This document shows, piece by piece, positions 37,664 to 47,522 of a DNA stretch of 64,000 bases; position 1 is the first letter of the stretch; each line of letters starts with the position of its first letter. This DNA comes from Patescibacteria group bacterium (GTDB lineage: Bacteria; Patescibacteriota; Patescibacteriia; Buchananbacterales; UBA6539): positions 855,710-919,709 of the forward strand of contig JBAZSB010000001.1 of assembly GCA_041662625.1 (NCBI GenBank), written 5' to 3'. The position numbers were made by a program, and so were the translations under genes. The notes below the pieces were generated by a model. That model was not told the origin of the DNA and searched no databases. It worked only from the letters and a program-made list of their open reading frames with translations.

Positions 37664-38818
37664 TTATTGTTTGATCGGCATGATGATATAAAGATAATCA
37701 CTACCTTTACCTGCTGGTTTTAGAACACAAGGACTGCTGCTATCAATCACACTAACTTCCACTTGTTCAGTACTAATATTTTGTAGCCCATCTAAAAGAT
37801 AACGATAATTAATAACGATGCTGTTATTGTCACCAGACAGTTCCCCACCCAGCCGAGAAATATTTTCTCCCAGTTGATTATTGGCTGAAGAAATAGTGAC
37901 TTCTTTTTTTTCTGGATTAACTTCTAAACTAACATCATAAATTCCGCTGCGGGTAAAAAGACTGGTGGTTTTGGTGGCGGCAATAAATTCCGAAACACTT
38001 AAAGTCGCTTTGGTGTTAGATTGCTGGGGAATAATTTGTTGGTAATCGGGATACTGGCCTTCCACCAAGCGAGAAATTAATTCGATATTTCCTAAAATAA
38101 ATAAAATTTGATTTTCCGCCAGATAAATTTCCACTTCTTCAATTTCGGAAATTGCCGCCGGGTCTTTAAAACTCCCTAAAATCCGCTGGAGTTCCTGCAA
38201 GGTCCGGGTGGGGACAATTACTCTTTGGGGAATACTGCTTGATTTTTTGGCTAAACTGACTGATTTTTCCGCTAACCGATAACTATCGGTAGCCGCTAAA
38301 ACTAAAGAATTACCCACAAAATTAAACAAGACCCCGTTAATTTCCGGCCGGGTTTCACTGATTGAAACGGCAAAAATTACCTGGTTAATTGCCTGGCGTA
38401 ATTTTTGGCTGGATAAAACATAGGGATTTTTTTTGTTGATCTGGGGAATTAAAGGAAAATCAGTGGCGGGCTGACCTTTAATTTTAGTTGAATTATTCTT
38501 GCAGCGAAGACTCAAACTTTGGTCCTGTCCTTCTTTGATTTCTTTTGCCACCACCAAATCAACTCGTTCTTTGGGCAGGAGCCCAACATAATCAGCTAAA
38601 AGTCGGGAGTGGATGGTAAAATCACCTTCTTCTTCCACCTTCCCCCGAATAATACAACTAACGCCAATTTCTAAATTTGTTGCCGAAAGTTTAATAGTAT
38701 TTTCTTGGGCTTGAATTAAAACGTTGTTTAAAATTGGCAAGGCCGTATTTTTTGAAGCGATATGGCTGACAACAAACAAGCCTTGATTTAAGTTTTCTTG
38801 GGTGCAGGATATTTTCAT
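37664..38818 (-). CDS. dnaN: DNA polymerase III beta sliding clamp
   Basis: MKISCTQENLNQGL ... ALPILNNVLI; 384 aa; adjacent to dnaA. Confidence 0.85.
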   Translation of the reverse strand: MKISCTQENLNQGLFVVSHIASKNTALPILNNVLIQAQENTIKLSATNLEIGVSCIIRGKVEEEGDFTIHSRLLADYVGLLPKERVDLVVAKEIKEGQDQSLSLRCKNNSTKIKGQPATDFPLIPQINKKNPYVLSSQKLRQAINQVIFAVSISETRPEINGVLFNFVGNSLVLAATDSYRLAEKSVSLAKKSSSIPQRVIVPTRTLQELQRILGSFKDPAAISEIEEVEIYLAENQILFILGNIELISRLVEGQYPDYQQIIPQQSNTKATLSVSEFIAATKTTSLFTRSGIYDVSLEVNPEKKEVTISSANNQLGENISRLGGELSGDNNSIVINYRYLLDGLQNISTEQVEVSVIDSSSPCVLKPAGKGSDYLYIIMPIKQ

Positions 38819-39099
38819 AACTTTTAGTTTATATATTTATTAATAATATTAATAAGGGGGGTGGATAAGTGGGAAAGATTAAAATTTATTTTAATTTAGT
38901 AATTTTATTAAGGTCAAATTTTTCAAAAGTTGGGGAAAGACTTGTGAATAAGGTTGTGGTAACTTCCACCCTTATTTTCAGTTGATTTTTTTCCACCACT
39001 ACCCTTAAGTTTGTCCGGTGGGTTTTCCTAAAAGTTACCCCCACTAGCCTAAAAATTATCAACAGCTTTCAGATCCTAAAATAGCTTTTATACCCTTGA
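38819..39099. promoter_or_regulatory. Candidate oriC / DnaA-box cluster (dnaA-dnaN intergenic)
   Basis: AT-rich with DnaA-box-like 9-mers at 1 mismatch or fewer: GGTGGATAA, TGTGAATAA, TTATCAACA. Confidence 0.5.
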
Positions 39100-40464
39100 T
39101 TAGATATAAAGTTTTTCTCTAATCAGTTTGATATCCTGATTAATTTTTTCATCCTCGTCGATTGCTGTAGTGATCTTAAAGTGGGCATGCATGGCAGTGG
39201 TGTGATCGCGGTTACCAATTTCTTGGCCAATGGCTGGATAAGAGCTTCTTAATTCCTCGCGCATCAAATACATCACAATCTGTCGGGGTAAAGCCAGATT
39301 TTTTTTGCGGCAGGCACCCAACAAATCTTCTAGTTTGATATCATAAAATTCCGCCACTAAATTGATAATTTGTTTAGGGGTGACTGATTTTCTGCGTTGG
39401 CCTGAGCTAATGGAAGTTAAAACCTTTTTTATGTTGTCTAAAACCGGTTCAGTTCCATTCAACTGATGGTAAGCAATGATTCTATTCAAAGCCCCTTCCA
39501 ATTCTCTAATGTTATTTTGAATATTAGCGGCGATATAGGTAATAATTTCATCATTAAGCTGATAATTTTTCTCTTTACATTTAGTCTTTAAAATTGCGGC
39601 CCGGGTTTCCAGGTCAGGAGCCGAGATATCAGCAATCATTCCCCATTCAAAGCGAGAGACCAAGCGGCTTTCCAGGGCCGGGATGGCCTTCGGTGGCCGA
39701 TCGGAAGTGATTACCACTTGTTTATTGGCTTGGTGTAAGTCATTGAAAGTATAGAAAAAGGCTTCCTGGGTTCCTTCTTTACCAGCCAAGAACTGGATAT
39801 CGTCCACTAATAAAACATCAACCGAGCGATAAATATTTTTAAAATGATCAGCTCGGTTACTGGAAATTGATTTAATAAAATCATTGGTAAATTTTTCGCA
39901 AGAAACGTAAAGGACTTTCTTTTGGGGGTTGGTCTGAAGAATTTGATTGCCGATTGCTTGGATTAAATGAGTTTTACCTAAACCAACGCCGCCGTAGATA
40001 AATAAAGGATTATAGACCTGCCCTGGTTTTTGGGCCACCGCCATACTGGCCGCTTGAGCTAATTCATTACCTTTACCAATGACGAAATTATTGAAAGTAT
40101 AACGGGGGTTAAGGCCGAATTCATTAAGGGCTGGTGCTTCTGTCCCTACCGTAAGCATTACTTTAGCGGTTTTTTCCTGGATTTTTTTCTCAGTTTGTTC
40201 CTCTTCAGCTTTAAATTTCGTTTCCACTTGGTAAATAATGATTTTTATTCGATTATTGGTAATTTTTTGTAAAGCCCGAAGAATAGCAGAGTGGTACTTC
40301 TTTTCTAGCCAAGCCTTGGTAAAGGTATTAGGTACGCCAATAGTAATAGTTTCTTCTTGATAAGAAGAAATAAAGGTATTTTTGAACCAAGTAGTAAAAT
40401 TTGCTCGGCTAAGAGTCAATTCCAGTTCACCCAGAGTCGCTTGCCAAATTTTTTGCTCCTCCAT
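39100..40464 (-). CDS. dnaA: Chromosomal replication initiator DnaA
   Basis: GGVGLGKTHL (Walker A), DDIQFLAGKE, and the C-terminal DnaA signature QEIGNRDHTTAMHA. Confidence 0.95.
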   Translation of the reverse strand: MEEQKIWQATLGELELTLSRANFTTWFKNTFISSYQEETITIGVPNTFTKAWLEKKYHSAILRALQKITNNRIKIIIYQVETKFKAEEEQTEKKIQEKTAKVMLTVGTEAPALNEFGLNPRYTFNNFVIGKGNELAQAASMAVAQKPGQVYNPLFIYGGVGLGKTHLIQAIGNQILQTNPQKKVLYVSCEKFTNDFIKSISSNRADHFKNIYRSVDVLLVDDIQFLAGKEGTQEAFFYTFNDLHQANKQVVITSDRPPKAIPALESRLVSRFEWGMIADISAPDLETRAAILKTKCKEKNYQLNDEIITYIAANIQNNIRELEGALNRIIAYHQLNGTEPVLDNIKKVLTSISSGQRRKSVTPKQIINLVAEFYDIKLEDLLGACRKKNLALPRQIVMYLMREELRSSYPAIGQEIGNRDHTTAMHAHFKITTAIDEDEKINQDIKLIREKLYI

Positions 40465-40788
40465 TTTTTTGGTTTTTTAATTTCTTAAATTATAATCAAA
40501 GTTTTTACTTGGGGTTTTTGGTGACCATCACATTATAGCATAAACTATTTATCCCCAACACTAGCTTTGTCTAATGATAATGTTAATAAGCTGTTGATGG
40601 AATGTGTATAATAATTTAACCCTTTTAAAGATTTTGGTCAATCCCCTACCCCTAGATTATTTTTGATTTATTTCAGCTATTCCCTTTGACGTTTAAAGGA
40701 AATTCTGATATTATAAATGGGTCAATCCCAAAATAATTCAGTAAAATGGGAAATATAATAATTAAAAAAGGGTAATTTTTAACGAGAT
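40465..40788. promoter_or_regulatory. dnaA upstream region / second oriC candidate (rpmH-dnaA intergenic)
   Basis: AT-rich; TTATCCCCA (1 mismatch to the DnaA box); direct repeats GGTCAATCCC twice; gene-strand polarity switches here. Confidence 0.45.
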
Positions 40789-40926
40789 ATGCCAAAAAGA
40801 ACTTATCAACCCAAGAAACGTCGGGCTAAAAGGAAACATGGTTTCCGGAAAAGAGCTGCCAGTGCCAGCGGGCGTAAGGTTTTGAAGCGTCGGAGAGACA
40901 AAAAGAGAAAAAAGTTGTCTCTTTAA
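40789..40926 (+). CDS. rpmH: 50S ribosomal protein L34
   Basis: [45 protein letters not shown] (not in ORF track; 45 aa). Confidence 0.9.
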   Translation: MPKRTYQPKKRRAKRKHGFRKRAASASGRKVLKRRRDKKRKKLSL

Positions 40927-40998
40927 AGGTACCCCGTTAGAAATTTAAGAAAATAACGGGATAACTTTAAATATTGCCGGTGTTTCTAACGGGATTAT

Positions 40999-41340
40999 AT
41001 GTTAGCCTTTAGAAGTCGTTTAACTAAAGAGAAAGATTTTAAAAAGATTAATAGGCTCGGCCGGCCTTTTTTTTCTCCGGGTTTCAGGGTGAAATTTTTG
41101 GCTAATAATTTAAAGTCAAGCCGTTTTGCCATCGTGATTTCGACCAAAGTGAGCAAAAAAGCCACCCAGCGCAATCGAACTCGGCGCCAACTCCAGGAGA
41201 TTATCCGGTTGAATCAGACCAAAGTTAAACCAGGTTATGATATTGTCATTTCTGTTCAGCCCCAGGTCTTGGGTAAAAGTTATCAGGAATTAGAGGCAAA
41301 AATTTTTGCCGCATTAAACAAAAGTAAACTTTTACAATGA
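40999..41340 (+). CDS. rnpA: RNase P protein component
   Basis: [11 protein letters not shown] ... [13 protein letters not shown]; conserved position after rpmH. Confidence 0.85.
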   Translation: MLAFRSRLTKEKDFKKINRLGRPFFSPGFRVKFLANNLKSSRFAIVISTKVSKKATQRNRTRRQLQEIIRLNQTKVKPGYDIVISVQPQVLGKSYQELEAKIFAALNKSKLLQ

Positions 41341-41591
41341 CTTTTTTTTCGGCTCAAATTAGATTTTTTGTTTTACAACTGATTAGAATTTACCAGAAAA
41401 CCCTATCTTTTGATCATGGGATTTTCCGTCACCTTTTCCCGAATGGTTTTTGTCGGTTTCACCCAACTTGCTCTGAATATGGTTATCAGGCAATTGAAAA
41501 ATACGGGGTAATTAAAGGTGGCAGGATGGCGCTTTGGCGGGTAATACGTTGTAACCCCTGGAATAAAGGTGGGTACGATCCGTTACGATAA
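41337..41591 (+). CDS. yidD: Membrane protein insertion efficiency factor YidD
   Basis: [33 protein letters not shown]. Confidence 0.9.
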   Translation: MTFFSAQIRFFVLQLIRIYQKTLSFDHGIFRHLFPNGFCRFHPTCSEYGYQAIEKYGVIKGGRMALWRVIRCNPWNKGGYDPLR

Positions 41592-41659
41592 CGAATAAGA
41601 AATTAAAAAATTAAAAAAATAAGGCATTTTCTTAACTTCTTAATTTTTTATTAATTACA

Positions 41660-42391
41660 ATGGCACAATTTTTCACCACAATTTTGTATCAACCCCTGCT
41701 TAATCTTTTGGTCTTTTTGTATAATATTATCCCGGGGCATGATTTGGGGTTAGCAATTATTCTTTTGACGGTTTTAATCAAACTTGTTTTATATCCCTTC
41801 GCCCGTCAGTCAATCAAGTCACAGAAAGCTTTACAAGATTTACAACCTAAAGTCGAAGCCTTAAAAAAACAATACAAAGACGACAAGGAAAAAATGGCTA
41901 AAGAGATGATGGTGCTTTATAAGGCAGAAAAAGTTAATCCCCTTTCTTCTTGCCTACCTTTGTTAATCCAGCTGCCATTTTTAATTGCAGTTTATCAAGT
42001 GTTTCGGACTGGTTTAGATTCCAGCAGCTTAAGTCTGCTTTATCCTTTTGTTCAAAACCCCGGTCAGCTTAATGCCATTTCTTTTGGTTTTCTTGATTTA
42101 GCCAAAGTAAACTTAGTTTTAGCCGGTCTAACCGGTTTGGCTCAGTTTTGGCAAACCAAAATGCTGATGGCCAAAAAGCAGCCGAAGATTGAAGGAGCCA
42201 AAGATGAAAATATGATGGCGATGATGAATAAGCAAATGCTTTATTTTATGCCGGTTTTCACCGTCATTATTGGAGCGAGTTTGCCCGCCGGGCTGGTGTT
42301 ATATTGGTTAGTAATGACGGTTCTCACCGCCTTGCAACAACTGCTAATGTTTAGACATAATAAAAAACAAGAGGCCGAAGCCAAACCATGA
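41660..42391 (+). CDS. yidC: YidC/Oxa1-family membrane protein insertase (short form)
   Basis: GLAIILLTVLIKLVLYPF ... VNPLSSCLPLLIQLPFLIAVYQVF. Confidence 0.9.
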   Translation: MAQFFTTILYQPLLNLLVFLYNIIPGHDLGLAIILLTVLIKLVLYPFARQSIKSQKALQDLQPKVEALKKQYKDDKEKMAKEMMVLYKAEKVNPLSSCLPLLIQLPFLIAVYQVFRTGLDSSSLSLLYPFVQNPGQLNAISFGFLDLAKVNLVLAGLTGLAQFWQTKMLMAKKQPKIEGAKDENMMAMMNKQMLYFMPVFTVIIGASLPAGLVLYWLVMTVLTALQQLLMFRHNKKQEAEAKP

Positions 42392-42663
42392 TTATTTTAA
42401 GCAGCGATTTAACGAATCTGCCGGTCTATACTCAAGGTGGCCAGTACTTGGGCCGGATTGATTCTTTTGAAGTTGATATCGATACTAATACTATTACCTG
42501 TTATCACATCCGGACTGGTTTAATTAAAGGTTTATGGCACCAGCAATTAATGATTAATCAAAACCAAGTTATTTCTATCAGCAAAGAAAAGATGATTGTT
42601 GAAGATAATGTTAGTCGCCAGCCAATTGGTGAAGTGGAATTAGCCACTCCAATAGCGAAGTAA
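42388..42663 (+). CDS. PRC-barrel-like small protein
   Basis: 91 aa; G..LG.ID.FEVDIDTN.I pattern. Confidence 0.35.
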   Translation: MIILSSDLTNLPVYTQGGQYLGRIDSFEVDIDTNTITCYHIRTGLIKGLWHQQLMINQNQVISISKEKMIVEDNVSRQPIGEVELATPIAK

Positions 42664-42715
42664 AAAAGATTAGATTTATTAAATTAGCCCGCCGAAGCGG
42701 GCCTAGATAATGTCA

Positions 42716-42743
42716 GCCCAGGGTTTTTGCCCTGGGTATTTTT
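42716..42743. terminator. Bidirectional rho-independent terminator between convergent genes
   Basis: CCCAGGG-ttttt-GCCCTGGG followed by TATTTTTT; a second hairpin GCCCGC-cgaa-GCGGGC lies just upstream. Confidence 0.7.
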
Positions 42744-42748
42744 TAGTT

Positions 42749-43522
42749 TTAAAACCAGCGAGTCTTGCCAACAATTAATTTCAGTTTACCCGGAACAATT
42801 TCAATCCGCACCGGCGTTTTGAGAACATGATGGCCATCGGTGGTGATTGGAATTGATTCTTTGCTTTTGATAAAAATCTTTTTAATGGGAATAACGCTAT
42901 TTTTTATCAGATCAGTTTTTTTAAACATTGACCAAAAGCCAGTTGCTAGCGGCTGGATGAGAATTTCCAAAAAACCATCTTTGGGGTTGAAATAATTTAC
43001 TTGCCCCCACCCGGCGGCAAAAAGTGGCCGCAAGTTACAAATACTGATTTGATCTTTAAGTTGGGGTGTCACTTGGTATTTATTTTCGCATTCAATTGTT
43101 ACCGGGCCATTGGCTATTTTAATATTGGACAGAAAGTAAGTGTTATTGGCCCGGCCCAAGTCAATTTTTTCAATGATTCTGGCGGCCAAAATATTGCAGG
43201 CTTCTTCAGGCGTGGTAATACCAAGAATTTGGGCAATTTTGTTGTCTGGGCCAATTGGGATCAGCGCTAAAGTTGCATCAAGTTTAGCGGCAATATTAAT
43301 TACTTGGCCTAAAGTTTTATCATTGCCGACAACAACTATAGTTTTGGCCCCACTTTTGGTTTCATCAGTGAGGAGCTCATTGAGATTTCTTAACGGGGAA
43401 AGACGAAAGATTTTTCCGCCGATACCTAAATCAGTTAGCCGCGTTTCAATTTTAGCTAACAAATTACTGTATTTTTTGTTATTTAAAAACGAGTCGTAAA
43501 GGTAAAGATACATAAAAACCAA
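42749..43522 (-). CDS. Diacylglycerol-kinase catalytic-domain lipid kinase (YegS/DgkA-like)
   Basis: VVVGNDKTLGQVIN ... LALIPIGPDNKIAQ matches the DAGK_cat pattern GGDGT...iPlGTgNdfa. Confidence 0.5.
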   Translation of the reverse strand: MVFMYLYLYDSFLNNKKYSNLLAKIETRLTDLGIGGKIFRLSPLRNLNELLTDETKSGAKTIVVVGNDKTLGQVINIAAKLDATLALIPIGPDNKIAQILGITTPEEACNILAARIIEKIDLGRANNTYFLSNIKIANGPVTIECENKYQVTPQLKDQISICNLRPLFAAGWGQVNYFNPKDGFLEILIQPLATGFWSMFKKTDLIKNSVIPIKKIFIKSKESIPITTDGHHVLKTPVRIEIVPGKLKLIVGKTRWF

Positions 43523-43525
43523 AAG

Positions 43526-43978
43526 CTATTTTACTTTTTCAACAATCGAATCACTCTCCGACTTAGTATTTAGCGCTAGTTTATTTTTTTGTTTTTCTAT
43601 CTTTTCAAAATCTTCAATTTTTTCTAGTTTGGCTTTTCTCTCTTCACCGACGCTACATTTACCCTGGAGGCAGGCACCGGCGGCCATCGTTAAAATTTGA
43701 GTTTTGACATCGCCGAAAATTTTAGCGGTGTTGGTCAATTCCAGATTTTCTTTAATTTTAATATTACCTTGGACTTCGCCGGCAATCAAAGCATTAGCGG
43801 CTGAGATTTGGGCAAAGACTTTTGCTCCGCCGCCAACGCGAAGATTTTTTTCCGTTCTGATACTGCCCGAGACCGTCCCTTCGATAACAATATCACCATT
43901 GGCAACAAAATTTCCTTCGACTTGGACAGAAGGACCAATTACAGTTTCAATTTCGTCGCCACCTTCTTTTTTAAACAT
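43526..43978 (-). CDS. Bactofilin
   Basis: Beta-helical repeats V.G....V.G.I....L.V.G.AKV.A.I.A....I.GEV.G.I. Confidence 0.65.
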   Translation of the reverse strand: MFKKEGGDEIETVIGPSVQVEGNFVANGDIVIEGTVSGSIRTEKNLRVGGGAKVFAQISAANALIAGEVQGNIKIKENLELTNTAKIFGDVKTQILTMAAGACLQGKCSVGEERKAKLEKIEDFEKIEKQKNKLALNTKSESDSIVEKVK

Positions 43979-44268
43979 AGGATTAAAGTTATTTATTAGG
44001 TATTACCTCTTTATTTTAGGGGGTTTTAGGGAGAGTGTCAATCTGGTAAAAATCGCAAATTACAAATCTCAAATTCCAAACAAATTCAAAATCTCAAATT
44101 CAAAATTCAAAACGTTAATTCCAAGAAGTTTGTAATTTTAGATTTTGAATATTGTAATTTGTTTGATATTTGTAATTTGGAATTTGGTGCTTATACTTTA
44201 ATTCCCTCTTGCCTTTTTAAATCACTCATGCTATCCTTATTTTTGTTACTTAATTAATTCAAATTACT

Positions 44269-44538
44269 ATGCCCATAAAAAAATCAGCTTTTAAAGCACT
44301 GCGACAAGGTAAAAAACGAGCCGAGCAGAATAAGAAAGTTAAAAGTGACCTGGTTGCTTTGATTAGAAAAGTGAGGAAATCTGTAGAAAAAAAAGATGAA
44401 GCTAAAGCGGTTGAATGGCTGAAGCAGGCAATCAAAAAAATTGATAAAGCCGCTCAAAAAGGAATAGTTAAAAAAAATACCGCGGCCCGGAAAAAGTCGC
44501 GACTAGCTAAAGCCGTGGGAATGCTGAAGAAAAAATAA
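44269..44538 (+). CDS. rpsT: 30S ribosomal protein S20
   Basis: MPIKKSAFKALRQGKKRAEQNKK ... KNTAARKKSRLAK. Confidence 0.85.
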   Translation: MPIKKSAFKALRQGKKRAEQNKKVKSDLVALIRKVRKSVEKKDEAKAVEWLKQAIKKIDKAAQKGIVKKNTAARKKSRLAKAVGMLKKK

Positions 44539-44548
44539 AACGATAAAA

Positions 44549-44590
44549 ACATCGAGGTGCTCTGCTAGGACACCTCTATGTTTTTATCAC
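44549..44590. terminator. Bidirectional terminator between rpsT and holA
   Basis: AAAAACATCGAGGTG-ctctgctagga-CACCTCTATGTTTTT. Confidence 0.6.
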
Positions 44591-45562
44591 CAGCAAGTCA
44601 AATAAGACCTCAGGATCAATTTGGCTTGTTTTTATTTTATAGTCAATTGTAATCAGATTTTGGTAGATTTTTTTTAAAGTGGGTAATTGATGAAAGTGGG
44701 CCTGAGCCATGGTTTTTTTAATCACAAACGGATGAAGACCCAAGGTATAGGTTAGGCGGGAAGAAGAATAGCCGCTGCCATGGCTTTCCATAAAGCTTTT
44801 GACTAGCAGCAGATTTTTGAATTGCCAGGTGATTTTGGTTAAAAGTTCAGTTGGGCTGGTGCCACCCCGCAGCTGATCGGAGATTAATTTTAACGCCAAT
44901 TTTTTGTTTTTTTGGCCCAAAGCATCGGTGAGTTTAAAAATATCAGCCTCTAATTTATTTTTAACCAGTTCATTAACGTCCGCTACTGTAATCAGTTGAT
45001 TGGGGCGAAAAGCCAAAAGCTTATCAATTTCTGAATTCAGCTGCCATAAGTCATTGCCGGTTAGATCAGCCAAAAGATTTAAGGCAGAGGGTTCAATTTT
45101 ACCGCCCCGCTTTTTAATTTGTTCACTGGCAAAGCGGCAGACTTCTTGTTCAGTCAAAAGATCAAATTCCTGGGCATATTTTTCTTTTTTCAGCCGGCTG
45201 AAAAGCAGGTTGCTGCGTTTTTGGGAAATTTTGGAGCGTGATTTGCCCCCGTCCAGCCCGCTTTCCCAAAAAACAATAATTGTATCTTTTAAACCATTTT
45301 TGTCCAAAGCCTCAAGAATTTCTTTTTGAATTTTTTGGCCTTTGTTTTTGGAAATTAAGTCTTCAATAATTACCAGTCGTTTTTTGGCCAAAAAAGGAGG
45401 GGTCGAAACAGCCTTTTCAAACTCTGGCGTTTCTAGAGTATCCCCTTTTAAAATCTCAATATTCAAACTCGACTTATCAAGTTCTTTGACAAATTTTTCT
45501 TTAATCTCCTTAAGTTTTTGCCTAGAGCGGAAAGTGTCTGGGCCCCAAAGGAAGAAAATCAT
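44576..45562 (-). CDS. holA: DNA polymerase III delta subunit
   Basis: 328 aa, MIFFLWGPDTF..; the size and N-terminal pattern fit HolA. Confidence 0.55.
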   Translation of the reverse strand: MIFFLWGPDTFRSRQKLKEIKEKFVKELDKSSLNIEILKGDTLETPEFEKAVSTPPFLAKKRLVIIEDLISKNKGQKIQKEILEALDKNGLKDTIIVFWESGLDGGKSRSKISQKRSNLLFSRLKKEKYAQEFDLLTEQEVCRFASEQIKKRGGKIEPSALNLLADLTGNDLWQLNSEIDKLLAFRPNQLITVADVNELVKNKLEADIFKLTDALGQKNKKLALKLISDQLRGGTSPTELLTKITWQFKNLLLVKSFMESHGSGYSSSRLTYTLGLHPFVIKKTMAQAHFHQLPTLKKIYQNLITIDYKIKTSQIDPEVLFDLLVIKT

Positions 45563-45702
45563 GTAGAGTAGTTGGTAAGTTTATAAGTTGGTAAGTTGAA
45601 AAGTTGGCGTAGTTATTTTAACAAAGATTAAGTTTTTTAGAAAGGAAAGAGCGCCTCGGCTGGGGAAGTCGAGGCGCTCGGTTTCGATGTTGATGTCAGA
45701 GG

Positions 45703-47274
45703 TTACCGTCTGGCTTTGTGGGCAGAGGCAATCTCTTCCATACGGGCTCGCAGGGAGCCAGCATCCCGGGCCGGAGCGGCCTGGGAGCGTTCATTGTGGT
45801 GGGAGCGGCCGTTGCCGCCTTTGTGGTCCTGCCGTTGGGGGCGAGTCCGGGGGCGGTCGTCGTGATGCTGGTCGCGGCGTTGGCTGATTTTCACCTGGCG
45901 GCGAACAGCGCAGCAGCGGGGCAGACCCAGCCAGTACATCGGGCAGGTACCACCCGACTGGTCTGGCAGGCGGCACATCCTGCCAGTGGCGCACTGCTCT
46001 TGGCCCCGATGCCACTTGGTCTCATCCAAGGCCAAGGTGATTGCCGCCACGATCTCCTGGGTCGTCAGCAGGGTGGGCTCCACCTCTGGGTGGCTCAGGG
46101 AGCCATTCAGGAGGTTGATGCCGATTGTGATAACGATTGGACCCTTGCCGCGGCGGACCGTGATTTCCTTCTTGGGGTAATGCCAGGCCGGGGCGTCATC
46201 GATCGTGCCTTCGGCAGAGAGGTCTTGCCAGTCTTGGAAGGTGGCCTGCGTCATCTTGCCGGTCCTGATGCGGGCTGCAATCTCGTAGTAGCGGATGGCC
46301 CGGACTACGCTATCGAAGTCGATGTGGCGGTTCCGGCGGTAGAAGATCTGGGTCTGACCGCCTTGCCACCGCATTACCACGATATCGGCCTCGTCGCCAT
46401 ATTTGCTCATGGCCGCACTCGGCATCTGGGCTGCCAACTGCGCCAAAGGCGAGAGCTGATCGCCACGAGGCATGGGTTCGGGCAGCTCGATCACGACGAG
46501 CCGGTACATCAGTCGAACCCACTGGTCTTCACCCTTGGTACGCTTCTTGACCATTGGGCCGGGGATCTCGGCGACTTTGCTGGCCAACTCGCGGTACTTG
46601 CTGACCACTTGGGTCATGAAAGACTCTCGTTGACCGAGATGGGTTGTCAGTAGGAACCGGCCGATTCTGATCGCGGCCAGGGATCCGAACTGACGACCCG
46701 TGCCTTTGCCCATGGCACTCGGTCCAAGCGGATTGCGGTCGCCATTCCGGTCTTCCCACTGGATGTACCCCAGCATGCGGGTGAATACCGGGTCATCCTT
46801 GATACCAAGGATTCCCGCCATCAGACTGGTGGCGCACTCGTGGCGAAATCCGCTCTGGTGTTCGTCCACCGGTCCCTTGGCGATTCCGATCGGCAAAGTG
46901 CCTTCGTGGAGGTGGGCTTCGATGGGCCGACTGTCCGGGGTTTCTTGCGCCGTACCCCAGAATTGAATCAGGTCTGGATCCTTCCTGCCTTTTGTCTTCC
47001 CGCCATCATCAAGGGCCATTTTGATCAGCTTTTCGATGCCCGGGAATACCACCTCTCCCCGATGCTCAAGGAGCACAAGGGCTCCAACTTCGTCAAGGTG
47101 AGGAAAGTGGTGGGTGGCAAGCCGTTTTACCAGCTTACCTTTCCCGCTCGGGTGGGGGGGGAGGAGATCAAGCAAAGCTTGCATCCTTTTCACCTGCTCC
47201 TGATAAGCCGGTGGCTTGCCCCTCTCACTTGTTGCTGCCGGTGTTACTTTCGGTGCTGTGGTGCTTGCTACCAT
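45703..47274 (-). CDS. Hypothetical 523-aa protein on a high-GC (about 60%) foreign island
   Basis: SD AAAGGAGCGGAACC upstream of the ATG; a 10-bp GC hairpin terminator at 45649-45679; strong GC contrast with the flanks; basic disordered C-terminus. Confidence 0.5.
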   Translation of the reverse strand: MVASTTAPKVTPAATSERGKPPAYQEQVKRMQALLDLLPPHPSGKGKLVKRLATHHFPHLDEVGALVLLEHRGEVVFPGIEKLIKMALDDGGKTKGRKDPDLIQFWGTAQETPDSRPIEAHLHEGTLPIGIAKGPVDEHQSGFRHECATSLMAGILGIKDDPVFTRMLGYIQWEDRNGDRNPLGPSAMGKGTGRQFGSLAAIRIGRFLLTTHLGQRESFMTQVVSKYRELASKVAEIPGPMVKKRTKGEDQWVRLMYRLVVIELPEPMPRGDQLSPLAQLAAQMPSAAMSKYGDEADIVVMRWQGGQTQIFYRRNRHIDFDSVVRAIRYYEIAARIRTGKMTQATFQDWQDLSAEGTIDDAPAWHYPKKEITVRRGKGPIVITIGINLLNGSLSHPEVEPTLLTTQEIVAAITLALDETKWHRGQEQCATGRMCRLPDQSGGTCPMYWLGLPRCCAVRRQVKISQRRDQHHDDRPRTRPQRQDHKGGNGRSHHNERSQAAPARDAGSLRARMEEIASAHKARR

Positions 47275-47522
47275 GGTTCCGCTCCTTTGCCAGGCCTATC
47301 CTGGCCGGATCTTCTCTGAGACCCGTAATGTAGATTGAACGCAAAAAATGAGCTTACAGCCGCTCCAACATGATGGGTTGGTTCGGACTGGTCAAATAGA
47401 CTTTAAAGGATAGCATAATTGGGCTATTTTGTCAAGAAAAACCAAAAAATAGCCTAAATGGGCTATTCTTAAGTGGGTGGTTAATTGGTTAAGCTGGCAA
47501 AACTTGTTTTGTCCTAGGTATT

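Noticed and set aside
45718-46653. 311-aa plus-strand ORF (and several 60-90-aa ORFs) overlapping the 523-aa minus-strand gene
   Set aside because: Ala/Gly/Arg-rich translation typical of antisense frames in high-GC DNA. The minus-strand ORF is longer and has an SD and a terminator.
45703-47274. Possibility that the 523-aa high-GC protein is a DGR/retron reverse transcriptase
   Set aside because: No YxDD motif or RT palm motifs are discernible in the translation.
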